Source: Hormiphora californensis (lineage: Eukaryota > Animalia > Ctenophora). From it: a stretch of DNA of 64,000 bases. Positions 38,925 through 50,540 of this stretch are shown here, piece by piece. How positions within the stretch are numbered: the first letter of the stretch is position 1; the number at the start of each line of letters is the position of its first letter. The stretch spans positions 5,022,001-5,086,000 of the forward strand of contig CM035352.1 of assembly GCA_020137815.1 (NCBI GenBank), in the 5' to 3' direction. The notes beneath the pieces were generated by a model. The model was not told the origin of the DNA and ran no database searches. It saw only the letters and a list, made by a program, of their open reading frames with translations. The position numbers and the translations under genes are program-made.

Positions 38925-41900
38925 CACCCCCTGTCCGGAGTACTGCTTTTTTTTCTTCTGTGTGTGTGTCGCAACACTGGAATCGTGCGCGTTCAGGGCA
39001 TGTTTCAAGTTCCACGTGTCATAGCGTAGCCCCTAATTAGGTTAACGAATAATTGTTCTCACTAGGTTCAAGCCCAGACAATTCCTAATACCGTAGATCA
39101 AGCCCGGACTTGATTGGATAAACACAAGCTAGGTTATGGGCTCTTTTGTAAAAGTCGTCATGATTCTGTACACCACGGAATCTGTCAACCTAGGCAGCTT
39201 CTCCGGCTCACTGAAAGAGTAATATCCCGAAATTCAAAAAAAGGCGAGATATGCCCTCTAGACAATTGTCTGCTGAAGAAGCTGGTGTAATTTTTTTCAA
39301 GATCCGACGTAAGGCGTAGCCAGTTAGCTGTAACATTTGAAATCATGCTCATAATTCGTGTAGTGCGTAACCAATGCTGACACATTGAAGTCTAGAGAGT
39401 ACTGCTTTTTTCCGGAGTACTGCTTTTTCTCTCTCTGCCAAGAGGGCGCGTAGGGGGCTGTGTGTGGGGACTGTGAATGTGTTGGAGTGTGGTGTATCAA
39501 GGCAGTGTGTGTGGTATTCTGATTTCTGTCTCTTACACGACTTAGTGTACCGGATATTATAAGAGTAGACTGTTATTATACATGACACATAATGCTTCCT
39601 ATTCCCCTCAGCTGTCCCGACCGGCGACCCCACCCCTCATCTGCTCCATCTCTCAGTTAACCTACCCCTCATCTATTCCAACTACCAGGCACCAGCTATC
39701 CTACCCCTCATCTCCCTCATCTACTCCATCTCTCAGATATCCTACCCCTCATCTACTTCATCTCTCAGCTACCCTACCCCTCATCTACTCGATCTCTCAG
39801 CTACCCTGCCCCTCATCTACTCCATCTCTCGGCTACCCTACCCCTCATCTACTTCATCTCTCAGATACCCTACCCCTCATCTACTCCATCTCTCAGCTAC
39901 CCTGCCCCTCATCTACTTCATCTCTCAGCTACCCTGCCCCTCATCTACTTCATCTCTCAGCTACCCTGCCCCTCATTTATTCGATCTCTCAGCTACCCTA
40001 CCCCTGATCTACTCTATCTCTTAGCTACCCTTCCCCCTCCCCATCTACTCCATCTCTCAGCTACCCTGCCCCTCATCTACTTTATCTCTCAGCTACCCTG
40101 CCCCTCATTTATTCGATCTCTCAGCTACCCTACCCCTGATCTACTCTATCTCTTAGCTACCCTTCCCCCTCCCCATCTACTACATCTCTCAGCTACCCTA
40201 CCCCTGATCTACTCTATCTCTTAGCTACCCTTCCCCTCCCCATCTACTACATCTCTCAGCTACCCTGCCCCTCATCTACTCCATCTCTCGGCTACCCTAC
40301 CCCTCATCTACTTCATCTCTCAGATACCCTACCCCTCATCTACTCCATCTCTCAGATATCCTACCCCTCATCTACTCCATCTCTCAAGTCTCAGCTACCC
40401 TAGCTATCATCTACGCCATCTCTCTGCTACCCTGCCCCTCATCTACTCGATCTCTCAGCTACCCTGCCCGTCATCTACTCGATCTCTCAGCTTCCCTATC
40501 CCTTATCTACTCTATCTCTCAGCTACCCTTCCCCATCTACTACATCTCTCAGCTACACTACCCCTCATCTCAACAGTCAGCTACCTTACCCCTCATCTAC
40601 TTCAACTCTCAGAAACCCTACCCCTCATATAATACATCTCTCAGATATCCTACCCCTCATATAATACATCTCTCAGATATCCTACCCCTCATCTACTCCA
40701 TCTCTCAGCTATCCTATCCCTCAGCTACCAATTACTATATCCCTCAGGTACCCCAATACTCCATCCTGCTTGATAACTGTATGATCTTATTAGATGCTTC
40801 CCCTAGGATACCCACCAGACCTCATTAGATACTCCTTAGAACCGTTCATGTACCCTTACAACCTGATCTGGTGGGTATCATAGGGGAAGCATCTAATAAG
40901 ATCTTACAGTTATCTAGCAGGATGGAGTATTGTGGTACCTGAGGAATGTAGTAATTGGTAGCTGACGGGTAGGATAGCTGAGAGATGGAGTAGATGAGGG
41001 GTAGGATATCTGAGAGATGTATTATATGAGGGGTAGGGTATCTGAGAGTTGAAGTAGATGAGGGGTAAGGTAGCTGACTGCTGAGATGAGGGGTAGGGTA
41101 GCTGAGAGATGTAGTAGATGGGGAGGGGAAGGGTAGCTAAGAGATAGAGTAGATAAGGGATAGGGTAGCTGAGAGATCGAGTAGATGAGGGGCAGGGTAG
41201 CTGAGAGATCGAGTAGATGAGGGGCAGGGTAGCAGAGAGATGGCGTAGATGATGGCTAGGGTAGCTGAGACTTGAGAGATGGAGTAGATGAGGGGTAGGA
41301 TATCTGAGAGATGGAGTAGATGAGGGAGATGAGGGGTAGGATAGCTGGTGCCTGGTAGTTGGAATAGATGAGGGGTAGGTTAACTGAGAGATGGAGCAGA
41401 TGAGGGGTGGGGTCGCCGGTCGGGACAGCTGAGGGGAATAGGAAGCATTATGTGTCATGTATAATAACAGTCTACTCTTATAATATCCGGTACACTAAGT
41501 CGTGTAAGAGACAGAAATCAGAATACCATACACACTGCCTTGATACACCACACTCCAACACATTCACAGTCCCCACACACAGCCCCCTACGCGCCCTCTT
41601 GGCAGAGAGAGAAAAAGCAGTACTCCGGAAAAAAGCAGTACTCTCTAGACTTCAATGTGTCAGCATTGGTTACGCACTACACGAATTATGAGCATGATTT
41701 CAAATGTTACAGCTAACTGGCTACGCCTTACGTCGGATCTTGAAAAAAATTACACCAGCTTCTTCAGCAGACAATTGTCTAGAGGGCATATCTCGCCTTT
41801 TTTTGAATTTCGGGATATTACTCTTTCAGTGAGCCGGAGAAGCTGCCTAGGTTGACAGATTCCGTGGTGTACAGAATCATGACGACTTTTACAAAAGAGC

Positions 41901-42115
41901 CCATAACCTAGCTTGTGTTTATCCAATCAAGTCCGGGCTTGATCTACGGTATTAGGAATTGTCTGGGCTTGAACCTAGTGAGAACAATTATTCGTTAACC
42001 TAATTAGGGGCTACGCTATGACACGTGGAACTTGAAACATGCCCTGAACGCGCACGATTCCAGTGTTGCGACACACACACAGAAGAAAAAAAAGCAGTAC
42101 TCCGGACAGGGGGTG
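38925..42115. mobile_element. 3.2-kb foldback element, CAC...GTG termini, 5-bp TSD ATTAT (Transib-like; EnSpm-like alternative), with an internal minisatellite
   Basis: 38925-~39755 is the reverse complement of ~41275-42115. Inner arms ~40370-40820 / ~40865-41290 also pair. ATTAT|CACCCCCTGTCCGGAG ... CTCCGGACAGGGGGTG|ATTAT. Confidence 0.85.
39630..40720. repeat. ~32-bp minisatellite (CATCTACTCCATCTCTCAGCTACCCTACCCCT)n, expanded in the left arm of the foldback
   Basis: Direct degenerate tandem repeats; a shorter mirrored array lies at 40970-41410. Confidence 0.9.
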
Positions 42116-43409
42116 ATTATATGCCTACTCCTAATGAATACTAATATTACAGCAAAGAATGGCCCCGAATATTATGCATCATGCATGCTATATTGGAAAA
42201 ACTCACTTTTCTCTCTCTTTATCTCTATCCATCTCTCTCTCCATCTCTCTCCAAGATCTATAAACTTACAGATGACCTCCCTCTCACTTTACCCCATCTC
42301 CCTCCAGCAGCACCTGTTCTCGCTATATCATTCCCTCTTATCTCTCTCTACCAATCTTTCTATCTACCTACCTTTCTTTTTTACCTTTCTCTCTCTCTCT
42401 CATCTTCTAACTCCCTGTTGGTACGTGTGTGTGTGTGTATCTGGTATTAGCACACGTGTGGTCCCTTACCTCTGCAAAAGTGTTTATTTGCAGAGATTAG
42501 ATAGAGATATCGGGCGAGAGAGGGATAGAGAAAGATACACGGCTAGGGATATAGAGAGCGAGAAAGAGATCAAGGGGTATAAATAAAGGGATGGAAATAA
42601 AGCTAAGGGAGGGATAGACAGAAATCAATAAAGAGAGAAAAATGCAACATACGTTTGTTTGAGCTTAATTTTAAAAGATTCTTTCATATTACAGTTTAAC
42701 TATAAAGTTTAAAAACATGGGCAATGTGGTCATATGCCAAGTCATACGGATCAACATAACGTGCTTGTTTTTCAGTTCGTTATATCGAGGTTCACGGTGT
42801 TTTGAGGGATATTGCCCCCCCCCCCCCCCCCGGGATATTGCACTTGTATAAAGAGGTATATAAGTTGAAAACCACTCAGAGAGAGCGTACGGGACATGAA
42901 TAATAAGTCTGAAAATTTATAAATAACGCAACAGATATACCCTTTAAATCCCTACAAAAAGATATTAAATGTCTAAGTAAAGATATCTCTGCATTGTTCT
43001 CATTTTAATAGCGGGGGGACCAAATTCACGTAGAACACACAATCACCATGGTGCACCACTTGATAGATGTTATTTAAATACCCCCGTACGGCGCTCTATT
43101 GTGAAGGAATCCAGAGTGCGTAGTTGAGTTTCGTGGTGACAGACCCCCACATACGATTTAGCTAAAGATCATTGTACCACCACACCACGTACATTGTACA
43201 GGAGCTATTTCCGGAGAAAGGGGTGTAGGGAATCATTGTCATTGTTTGTGCCTCCCACTTCTAACCCACAGCGGCTTTCTGGTCCACTGTCCAGTGCAAG
43301 GAATCGTTGTAACAATTGTCTTTTCTTGCAGAAACTCCAGTTTTTTCCCATTATGTGCAGTTCCACGGACGTCGGACACCCTGGTGTACACTGTACATGT
43401 TCCCTCCCT

Positions 43410-44708
43410 TTAAAAAGAGTGCCAATAAAGTAGGCCAGTGGCAGCGATTGCAAATCCAGGGTACAACCCCGCCCAGTTCAGCCCCACTTCACATGCCGGG
43501 ATGTTATGATGTCCAATGGTGCTATCCTCTATCGGGGGTGGTACACAATTCAACAATTTCCCCGTATCAAGTGCCCATATCCTCGTCTGGAGATCCTTAC
43601 CGGGTATTACCAGCACGCTCTCTCCCTCATCCACCCTCATTTTAACCCGTGCATAATCATTAACATGCCCCGGGTACGTTATGACATGTCTCCGAGATCT
43701 CATATCCCACTGGACCACCTGACCATTGAATGCACTACACAACACCCGCTCCTCTCGAGGCAATACCAGGACATCACTCACACTACTCTGATGTTCAACC
43801 TCAAACACACTATCACGGGATCTCAAATCATGGCAGATCAGGAGCTTGTTACGACACCCAGTGTACACAACAGGAGTGGTGTGGGCCGGTCTGATACAGA
43901 GAACATCTGATTTGTGGGTGAAAAGGGATCTACGGGTGTTGGACACCATATCCAGAATGAGTCCCTCCCGGACTGCTCCAATACACAGGGAGTGAGTGTT
44001 AACAGGGTCAGCGCTACAGCTCCAAACCGTGCTGTTCTGAACGTAGTAGGTTGAGAGGACACAGTTCTGTTGATAGTCAAACATGGATACCCGGCCGTGT
44101 TCCCCCGCCCCACCAAGAAGTCCAACCAATGCTACCGGTCCACTACTGCTACAAGGTGGCATAAAGTTCAGATCAGTGATCTCAGACTCGGGTGAAAAGA
44201 GGACATCTCCATCACGTTGAAGGTGAATGTAGAATTTGTTACAGGGTGTTACCTTGTACTTCCACAATGATCCTCCGTGACCACCCTTAGCACTAGTGAT
44301 AAGGACCTCCCCCGCTTTATCCAGCAGGAGATGGGTGACAGTTCCCCCGTGACACCTCCCTCCCACCACCTGCTTACTCTTGTTGTACGCTAAAGCCTGG
44401 TACGAACGTCTCTCGAAGAGACCCTGGGAGATGGAGCCGTGCTGACGAGACATTAGGAGAGAGGGCAGTGAGGTTGGGCAGATCGGGTGGGTGGGCTCTG
44501 TTACCGGTCTTTGTGAGCTGCCGGGGTGCTTCTTTGGTCGGCTTTTACTACTTGAACCAGCAGCCTCAGCAGCTGCTCCAGAAGGCCCATCATCCGAGGT
44601 GGATGGTTGTCTGTGTCTGTGTTCTAGGGGGAAATACCTGTTTTTCGTTCGGTCAAAGTATAGTCCTGGTAGATCCGGGGGAGTCTTGCCTCGTCTCCGT
44701 TTTGACAT
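43410..44708 (-). CDS. DCAF4: DDB1- and CUL4-associated factor 4 (WDR21) WD40 protein, single coding exon
   Basis: N-terminal PDLPGLYFDRTKNRYFPL motif typical of DCAF4, plus WD repeats KSDVL, YTGCRN, QWDMR, YPGHVN and TRIWAL. Confidence 0.85.
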   Translation of the reverse strand: MSKRRRGKTPPDLPGLYFDRTKNRYFPLEHRHRQPSTSDDGPSGAAAEAAGSSSKSRPKKHPGSSQRPVTEPTHPICPTSLPSLLMSRQHGSISQGLFERRSYQALAYNKSKQVVGGRCHGGTVTHLLLDKAGEVLITSAKGGHGGSLWKYKVTPCNKFYIHLQRDGDVLFSPESEITDLNFMPPCSSSGPVALVGLLGGAGEHGRVSMFDYQQNCVLSTYYVQNSTVWSCSADPVNTHSLCIGAVREGLILDMVSNTRRSLFTHKSDVLCIRPAHTTPVVYTGCRNKLLICHDLRSRDSVFEVEHQSSVSDVLVLPREERVLCSAFNGQVVQWDMRSRRHVITYPGHVNDYARVKMRVDEGESVLVIPGKDLQTRIWALDTGKLLNCVPPPIEDSTIGHHNIPACEVGLNWAGLYPGFAIAATGLLYWHSF

Positions 44709-45048
44709 ATATTATCAGACCTAGCTACAACAAACATGTGTTACACTTTGGTGTACTAGAAAATGCATAAGTTCAACTGCTTTAGAGTTGACTGACTACC
44801 TTAGAGTTGAATAGACAGCAGCTACATATAATATGGGAATATGGGAATATGGTTTCAACTACAGCTCTGTTATCTCTCTAGTAGGGCCCAGGGGATAGAA
44901 GAATAGATATATTTCCCCTAGTGGGTTGAGAGGGGGGGGGGGAGCGAGAGCGCTTAGCACTAACGATCTCAACGACCTCTCGCTTTGTTTTGCACGCCTA
45001 TACGCTACACGAGGGCCGGATAGAGAGACGGTGGAGTTAATGGGGGGG

Positions 45049-45125
<77 letters not shown>

Positions 45126-45156
45126 GAGAGGGTAAGAGAGAGGGTAAGAGAGAGGG

Positions 45157-45417
45157 CACGGTGCTCCTGAAGGACGGTCAACCTCGACCAGAGCCCCTAG
45201 CCAAACCACCGGTTGTGTGACCTAGAGGGGACCTCTGGGAACCGTGGAGCACCGGTTAGAAAAATATCTGGCGGGGGCCTTCGCCGGAAAATTGATAGAA
45301 CGATAGCTATCGTTTTTTTCACTTGAACAATACGACCTTTTCAAAAATGATTCCTTGATCAGCAAGATATAGTGTACCCCCACCTATTTTTTGACGTAGA
45401 ATCGAATGCCGTTGAAG
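45157..45417 (+). mobile_element. Solo diverged terminus of the Chapaev-like family at 58858
   Basis: CACGGTGCTCCTGAAGGACGGTCAACCTCGACC...GGTTGTGTGACCTAGAGGGGACCTCTGGGAAC aligns by eye with 58858-58942. Confidence 0.75.
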
Positions 45418-45673
45418 GGAGACTGAGAGGGAGACTGAGAGGGACTTGAATCAGGAAAAGGATGCTAAGGATTAACCCACACACGTCTATATTCAACACA
45501 CACATGCATACATAACAGCTGAGCAAAGGTCATCATGGCCACCACGGATAGAAAAAAAGAGGATCAACTAGGTACAACCTTACTGTGATATACAATATGG
45601 AATCAAAATTAGCAGATCTAGAAAATTAAAAGATGGTAAGAAAGAAAGAGGGGGAGAGAGAGTGAGAGAGAGA

Positions 45674-45715
<42 letters not shown>

Positions 45716-45716
45716 A

Positions 45717-45797
<81 letters not shown>

Positions 45798-47558
45798 TGA
45801 CTAAAGACGATGTAGAACACGTGGATCGAGTGCTGCAAGCTCTACCTCGCTCTCGAGTTGCCTCTTGAGAACAATAGTCACCCGCACACTCGCAGCCACA
45901 CGCAATATTTCACCTATCCCTCTCTTTCTTTCGCTTTATCTCTATCTCCCTCTCTCTCTCTCCCTCTCTCTATCTATCTATCTCTCTCACATTCTCTCAT
46001 CAAATGACTCCCTGGATCGTGCTACTGTTGCTGGTACTACAATCACTAACTTTCTTCGCATTAAATTAACAAATTAAAGAACGATATACTGGTAGGGTAC
46101 TGGTACTAAGTCAATAAATGGTAGTTGTAAATCAATCAATTCCACACCTCAGTGACACAGCACTATGGACACACCTGTCAGCGAAAGGAATATTTACAGT
46201 GTCACTCATACGATCAGTTGGGAACTAGTGTTATAAGTACGTTATGTAGTATATCACCTTCCCATTTAAACAAAACAAGAAGTCAAACAGTAAGACATTA
46301 CCAGCTTCACAGTATGCTAGATAAACAAGTCGATCTGGATCGATCCGATGAACAACAAGAGAAGTTGGAAATGAGGGTAAATATATCGCTTTGTTACATA
46401 AAATAACAGAGAAATCTAAGCTCTCTGTAGAGTGCTCTCATAAGGATTGACTCCCCAAACTAACAGAAAAAAAAACACGTACGTTGAGAAAAAGAAACGA
46501 AATGAAAAATTGAGCTAGCTGTAACTATAAATAGGAACTACAACAGAGAGGGGGCAGATTAAAGAGATCTCGTAAAAACAGGTGGACGGAAAGTCGGATA
46601 ATGGTGGTCACTTTTCTTAAAATTCCCCAGAAAATATTTAAATCGGCAACACCTTGAGCTCAGTCGAACATAGATGGTGAAACTAAAGGACTCTTACGTT
46701 CTGTCGTTCTCTCTACCTATTAGGTAAACCTCTCTATCGCTCTCTTTCTTTCTCTAGGTCTCCTCCTCTCTCACTCCATCTCGCCCTCTCCCCGCCCTTC
46801 TCTCTCTCACTCCCTCTCTTTTTCTCGCCCTCTCCCCGCCCTTCTCTCTCAGTCTATCACGTTTACACGGAAAGTGCAGCAGGTGGGGCCACGTCAGAAG
46901 AGCTTTTAGCTGCTGAGTTAGAACAAAAAAGGGAAAATCATTGAAAATGTGTAGTTCATACCACAAAAAGATGGAAATCATAGTGACAAAATGTATTTCA
47001 TACCATGATGCGGCGGAGAACAACGTTTGATGTATTTTGCAATTTAGATAGGTTCGGGGGATTCGGTACGAAAAATCTGCCTTATAAAAACTGAGAAAGG
47101 AATAAACTCTATTATGTTTCTACAATTATAAGTGCGTCATGATTTATAAATAAATTTATATTAAACAAATCATGACGCATTGTCACCAGAATTCTGGCGA
47201 CAATGCGTCATGATTTGTTTACCCCACCCACTTTTAGATTAAAGCCCGGGCGATATCTCGTTCCTCTCTCTGCATTATTTTGTCTAACCAGTCTGCCACG
47301 CTAAAGGAAGCTATTTAGTCTACAACGACTATGTAACGTATGGGATACAGTGTTATATTTTATAGAGATTTACGGGGAGCAGCGCCCACGGTATATGTTT
47401 TGACAATTCTTCCGAATGGTGGTGTTTAGTCCGCCTGAACGCTGCCTACAAACTACATATTCAAACACCTGTGGAAAATAAAGAAGATGAAAAGGAGAGA
47501 GCTAGGCGCTAGAGAACATAGTCCGAGGGGTTTAAGTTAAGATCTAGGTCTGCTTTTT

Positions 47559-47658
47559 NNNNNNNNNNNNNNNNNNNNNNNNNNNNNNNNNNNNNNNNNN
47601 NNNNNNNNNNNNNNNNNNNNNNNNNNNNNNNNNNNNNNNNNNNNNNNNNNNNNNNNNN
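47559..47658. other. Assembly gap (100 N), followed by low-quality homopolymer-inflated sequence to ~49300
   Basis: Run of N; the adjacent sequence consists almost entirely of homopolymer runs. Confidence 0.97.
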
Positions 47659-49360
47659 ACCATTTTATCTTCCAAAAAAATTTTACAAACCCAACCCCCC
47701 CAAAACTAAATAATTGAAACCCAACCCCTTTTTCCCCCAAAGCCCCAAAAAGGGGAAAAAAACCCGGCCCTCTCCCAAAACCCCCCCCCTTTTTTTCTTT
47801 TTAAACCCCCCCCCGGGGGCCCCCAATTTTTAAATCCTTTTTTTGGGTTTTTAAAAAAATTTTTTTTAAAATTTAAATTTTTAAAAAACCTTTTTTCTTT
47901 TTTTTTTCCCCCTTTTTTTTTTTTTCCCCCCCTTTTTCCCCCTTTTTCCCCCTTTCCCCCTCTTTTTTTCCCCTTTTTTTTTTTTGTTTTTAAAATCCCT
48001 TTTTTCCCCCAAAAAGTGCAAAAACAAAAAAAAAAAAAAATTTTTTTTGGGGTGGGGTTTTTAAAAAAATTCTTTCCCTTTTTTTTTGCCCCCCTTTTTT
48101 CCCCTTATCCACCCCCCCCCTTTTAAAAAATTTTAAAATTTTTAAAAAAATTTTTGGGGGAAAAAATTTTCCCTTTTGGGCCCCCAACCCCCCCTTTTTT
48201 TCCCCCCTTTTAAAAAAAAATTTTCCCCTTTTTTTTCCCCCCCCCCTTTCCCCTTTTTTTTTTTCCTCTCTCTCCCCCCCCCCCCCCCCCGTTTAGCTCA
48301 TTGTATTTCTTACGTTACTCCTTCTTTTTCGGGAAAGCAAGACAACTCCAGTTCGTAACCGTAAAGGAAAAAGGGTAAAAGTTTTTTAAAAAACCCCCCC
48401 CTTTTCCCCCTTTTTTGCCTCCTGGGTACCCCCTTTTTTAAGGGTAAAAAAGGGAAAAATTAAAAAGGGGAAAATTTAGGTCACACAAAACACTTGATAA
48501 ATAATATAAAATTAAAAAAAATTAAAAAAAAAAAACAAAAAGGGGAAAAAAAGTAAAACAAAGGCAAAAACACAGTAAAACTGGGAGGGGGGTTTTTTAA
48601 TTTTAAAAAAAGGGGAGAGGGGAAAAGCCAAAGCTTGGAAGGAGGGGAGAGGAAGCGAAAAGTAGAAGTAAGAGGGCCCCGGGGGATTTTTTAAAAAAGG
48701 GGGGGGTTTTGAAAAAAATTTTTCCCCCCCCTTCCCTGCTTAAAAAACCAACCCCCCAAAAATTAATCCACAAAAAAATCAAAAAAAAAATGCGGGAAAG
48801 AGAGAAAGGAAAAAGGGGGAAAGGGGGAAGGGGGGGTTTTTCTTCCCCCCCTTTGTTTCCCCCCCTTTTATTTGTTTTCCCTTTTCTCTTTCTCCCTTTT
48901 TTTTCCACCCTTTTCCTTTTTTATCCCCACTGTTTTAATCCCCAAAAAATTTTTCCCTTGTTTTTTTAAAAATTATTTTTTTTCAATTAAAATTTAAAAA
49001 AAAAAAAATATAAAATGCACCAAAAGCAAATAAATCCAGGTTGAAAGTTTAAAATTTTTTTAAAAGTTTCCCCAAATTTCGTCCCCAAAAATAAATTGAG
49101 GCTTGGAAATTTTAAAAATTTAATTAAAAAGGGGGAAAAAAAGTTAAAAGGTTTTTGATTAAAAGTTAGCGAATTTAGGGGAGCCGGGGGGAAAAAGGGT
49201 ATTTTAGGGGAAAAAAGGGGGTTCGGGAATATAATTTTTAAAAAAAATTTTGGGGGAAAGGAGAAGGGGGTTTTTCCCCGGAAAAAAAATTGTGTTATAG
49301 AGGAACAAGGGAGAATGAGAGAAATGTTGGCACACGTTCAGGTTGGAGAGGGATTAGAAA

Positions 49361-50307
49361 TAGTAGAGTCGATAAGAACACTCACCTCCTCCGATTTCAG
49401 TAAAACTTCTCACATGCTAAAATATGATAATGGAGGTACAAATACCGCTTATTTTAGGTCCAAAAAGTTTTTGGTTCGTTAATTATCGCTAATTGAAAAA
49501 CGCCAAAAATGGGCTAAAATGGCCCTTAAGGTGGATTTGAAATTTTGGAATTGGAACTCCAGACTTCGTACAGGTGTCCGCTAGGATGCCAATATGCACC
49601 ACAGGCGGGCTCAGGCCTAAATTCGTCCGAATTTTTGCGTAAGACCGGATGGCGTAAATCTTGGTCACGTGACCTCGGCTAACTTCTGAACCGCTCAAGT
49701 AAGGGATGTTTATAACCTGCTTAATCGATGCAGAATATGATGAAAATGACACGTTTTGACATCATTTTTCATCCCAGACGCACAGGAAAGACACAAATCG
49801 CCTTACAAAATTGACGCCATCTAGTCTCCCGCTCTTTTTTTGCAAAACTCTAACTTCTGAACCGTTGAAGTAAGGGAGGTTCATAGCCTGCTTAATCGAT
49901 GCAGAAAGAAAAATAAATGAGAGGAAATGGCCTTATTTTTCATCTCCGGCGTGCAGGAAAGGCACAAATAGCAAAAAACTGATTTTTTGCCCAAATCACG
50001 TGACCAAAATTCACGCCATCCGGCCTTACGCAAAAATTCGGACGAATTTAGGCCTGAGCCCGCCTGTGGTGCATATTGGCATCCTAGCGGACACCTGTAC
50101 GAAGTCTGGAGTTCCAACTCCAAAATTTCAAATCCACCTTAAGGGCCATTTTAGCCCATTTTTGGCGTTTTTCAATTAGCGATAATTAACGAACCAAAAG
50201 TTTTTCGGACCTAAAATAAGCGGTATTTGTACCTCCATTATCATATGTTAGCATGTGAGAAGTTTCACTGAAATCGGAGGAGGTGAGTGTTCTTATCGAC
50301 TCTACTA
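49361..50307. mobile_element. ~950-bp foldback element, TAG...CTA termini, 3-bp TSD AAA (Academ-like)
   Basis: TAGTAGAGTCGATAAGAACACTCACC... and its reverse complement, arms ~310 bp. The centre holds two diverged direct repeats (49679-49810, 49849-49980). Confidence 0.82.
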
Positions 50308-50540
50308 AAAATTAATTGGGGTGGGGGATCAAAACAATGTTTCTGAGAAATAGTAAACATTCACAAAGAAAGACAATCACATTCAACTTAAGACTCAAAC
50401 TCCGTGCACCCTCTGTATGACAGAGTCTGTAAGCCTGCATGCAACAGGCAACTGTTCTTCAAAATATCTCTGTACATTTCATATCCCCCCACTTTTAAAA
50501 CAACCCACTAGAGTAACTAATAGTTACTAACTGTTACTAA

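Noticed and set aside
39185-41855. Mirror-image ORF pairs (94 aa, 66 aa, 141/182 aa)
   Set aside because: By-products of the inverted repeat and minisatellite; no recognisable domain.
43194-43453. Short ORFs directly downstream of DCAF4
   Set aside because: No recognisable homology or supporting exon structure; probably 3' UTR.
47659-49300. Lys/Gly/Phe/Pro-rich ORFs next to the gap
   Set aside because: Homopolymer-inflated low-quality consensus; not credible coding sequence.
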